A stretch of 64,000 nt of DNA, taken from the NCBI GenBank assembly GCA_016748015.1, contig JAAOMT010000705.1, positions 37,222 to 101,221 on the forward strand, read 5' to 3'. The notes under the pieces were generated by a model, which was given only the letters and a program-made list of their open reading frames with translations, did no database searches and was not told the origin of the DNA. This stretch comes from Geosiphon pyriformis uo1 (Eukaryota > Fungi > Glomeromycota). Position 1 is the stretch's first letter. Each line of letters begins with the position of its first letter. Shown here one piece after another: positions 61,072 to 64,000 of the stretch. The translations under genes and the position numbers were made by a program.

Positions 61072-61971
61072 ATATTTAGTCTAAATTTAATATGTTTACA
61101 TATATTTGTGAATAGAAAATTTTCTAGTGAATTCTTTTGGATTTTAATTTAATGAAACTTTAAAATGTTAAACTTGCTATTGAAACGCTGCTGGGTAAAA
61201 ATGATCAAATTTCAAAAATTTAATCTCCTTCAATTGTGCTTCTTACTACTGGGGATTTTTAAACCTAAAAAAGGGTCAATGTCTTTATAAAAAACTTGAA
61301 GCCTATATTGTTAAAATAAACCTCATAAAATGAAGGGCTCAATTTTAGATTTGATCGATGGTATATTAAGTTAAACTTTGAAAAATGCGGACCTTAAAAT
61401 TCAGGGGTTAGGCGCAGAAAGGTTTGCCACTGCGATAAATTCTATTAATACACGAAATTGCGATCTTTATTTCGTTTTTGAAATAGATTTGCTTGTTAAG
61501 GTTGAATTCATTCTGAAAAATGTGCATTATAAGGTGATTTATCAAATATTGTTGAAATTTGAGGGCAACTCTTAACTTTTACTTTGGTTTCACTAGCATT
61601 AAGAACTACCCTCTTGTAATGTGAAAATATTAAGAAGCAAAGAAATTTGGAAAAAAAAGAGGATGCACATGATCAATTTAACAATATTTAAAGGAGCATT
61701 TAAAGATAAGTGTTAATAAAATGAAGATTATAAGCAAAGGGATAAAAATTCGTGGAAAGAAATAATCTTTATAATATGAAATATTAACTCTACATTAGAT
61801 AAATGGAAACGTTAATTAAAAAAAGCCAAGCTTTAAAGTATAAAAATGGATAAAGATGTTTGAAAAACTAAATAATTAAAATCATTTGAAGAGCAAAACA
61901 AAAGCAAAAAGAAATAAGGAATTCTTAATTTTCTGAAAATAAAATGTGATCAAGAATCAAGGGCTCGATAT

Positions 61972-61972
<1 letters not shown>

Positions 61973-62002
<30 letters not shown>
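61973..62002. repeat. (GAT)n microsatellite
   Basis: About 10 GAT units. Confidence 0.9.
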
Positions 62003-62345
62003 CTATATTGGTTTCAAAAGATTTTAATTTAGCTGAAAAGCCATATTTTCAAAAATTAACAGATATTCATAATATTTATACATCGAAAAAGTTTTTTTTA
62101 ACATGAATTCCCCTTTTCATTACAAACGTCGAAAATTAGATACTCAGCAACAGGAACAACAATAAAACAGAAGCGTAAATTGAAAGTTTAAATAAGTTAA
62201 TAAAGTGAAATAGCTTACAGCAATAAACTTTATTGTAAAAGAAAAATTTAAAACAGAGAAGGTAAATAAAATTGTCTCAGAATTCGTTGTGTATTTTTCG
62301 AAACCGCCTATTATATAAAAAAATCACAATTCGACTTGCAGTAAA

Positions 62346-62776
62346 TTAGGAAGTTTGTGGCATATATGAAAAGTGAAATGTTGGTTCTATTAATTCCTCT
62401 TTTCTATTGAAATTAAGGTTTTGTCCTTCGAGAATTGTATGTTGCCTATTAGTTGGTTGATTAGGAGGAGGAGGAGGAGGAGGAGGAGGAGGAGTGATTT
62501 GACGAATTTCTGTAGCATTTCGAATTAATACATTACTTGTTGAAGGAGTGTACGCTCCTTGGTTAGAACTTAAGAAATGACTTTTTTGAGACATATTATT
62601 GAATAATAATTTGATTTTTTTAGGATGTCTATTTGTAGCTGAGGAAGGCAAAGATGACAAAATTTGGGATAGTGAGAGGTATTTTATAGTTGAGATTTCT
62701 GAAAAAAAAAATGCAAAGTATCAAGTAATGAATCAATCATAACAAACAGTTAATTGCCATTAGAAGAAATTGTCAT
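62346..62776 (-). CDS. Small Pro/Ser-rich hypothetical protein, tentative exons 62776-62758 and 62698-62346
   Basis: Open frame with a poly-Pro tract, strong acceptor ttttttttcag at 62699, in-frame upstream MTISSN via a GC donor; further spliced upstream exons possible. Confidence 0.4.
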
Positions 62777-63815
62777 TGAAGATTTTAGAATGTGGAACAA
62801 AATAAAGTTTTCGCATTAAGCTATTAGTTTAAAAAATTTTACAAATTAAAATTTGAAATGATGACATTCAAATGAGTAATTAATCCGCTAGCTTACTTTC
62901 ATGATGTTTAACTCATGAAAAAAGAATAAATTTAGTCCGCGTGATGACCTCTTGATCGCTCCTCATATTTATTAAATCCAATAGTACAGAAAATGAATTT
63001 CTTCGATATTTCTTTGATATAATGATAGATCCTATATTAATTTATTAAAAAGGTTGCTCAATCATGGCGCATTATCAATTCTAGTAAATGAGGCTCACTT
63101 GATGAATATTATTGGAATATTTTTACGCCATCCTCAGCTCACATTTTTCTCAGTCTTTGAGTTTTGATATTTTATTGTTATAGGAAAAAAATTTTATGCA
63201 AGGAGTAAATAAGATATATATAATAACAAGTCATTATTTCAATATTTTAAAAATTTTATAAATCTTTGTTATTTAAACAAAAAATTGGGAACAATATCAT
63301 TCAAGAATTTTGGAGTTTCAGATTGTACAACCTTCAAAAAAAAAGATTTTTATATTGTCCAAAAGGTTTTCAAAGTTTAAAAATCCAATTTATGCCCTTC
63401 TTTTCTTTTCATTTAAAAAATAAATATAGAATGTATTACTAATGAATATTTACAAAGAAAAGATTTACATATTTTTCAATTATGATAATTCAAAAAGACT
63501 GGTAAATCAAAAGTTTCTTTTCTCGCAATTTATGTTATTAGTTAGCTTTAAATGAAAATTTATCAAAGTAAAAAAATTTTTCATATAAATTGATTATTTC
63601 AAATTGATGATTGTCAAAAGAAAAAGTCACAAGAGAACCACTTTACAATCATTAATGTCATATGTCATTTTCAACAAGCATGTTGTAGTTGTAGGATGAT
63701 TTGGTGAATACAATTCGGGACGGTAAATTGTGTCAAATTTATGAGTATTATGTGCATTATCTATTCCTACTTTTACATTATAGATGTTACGATCATGATA
63801 AAAAATTCAAGTGAC

Positions 63816-64000
<185 letters not shown>

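Overview
Eukaryotic, very AT-rich fungal-looking DNA with spliceosomal introns and no prokaryotic features. The retroelement peptides resemble Glomeromycotina/Geosiphon-type hypothetical proteins from recall (unverified). Positions ~1-51 kb are a nested retrotransposon graveyard. It holds three RNase H-containing non-LTR (LINE) elements (9591-16376 +, ~17905-22594 -, ~27491-34240 -) and one ~60 bp LINE stub. It also holds several Ty3/Gypsy elements: two with a Cys-rich region plus dUTPase between protease and RT (2411-~17800 +, 35359-44737 -), one without dUTPase (split by the second), a non-autonomous two-LTR element with an 86/88-bp tandem array (22595-26468 -), and extra LTRs (4-811, 26528-27488). 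All are riddled with C>T/G>A changes, and decay follows nesting order. Positions ~51.5-64 kb are a small gene island: a 2-exon pirin, a 3-exon putative HTH/Myb-like protein, a Zn2Cys6 relic, an IQ-BAG co-chaperone with perfect heat-shock elements, a secreted/ER protein with eight Cys-Pro motifs ending in KEEL, a Pro-rich ORF and a terminal (GA)n tract. The most notable observations are a conserved anti-PBS hairpin in the LTRs, dUTPase-bearing Gypsy elements in a C>T-hypermutated setting, and the multi-CP ER protein. Domain calls come from reading degenerate translations by eye, so boundaries are approximate unless a junction sequence is quoted.
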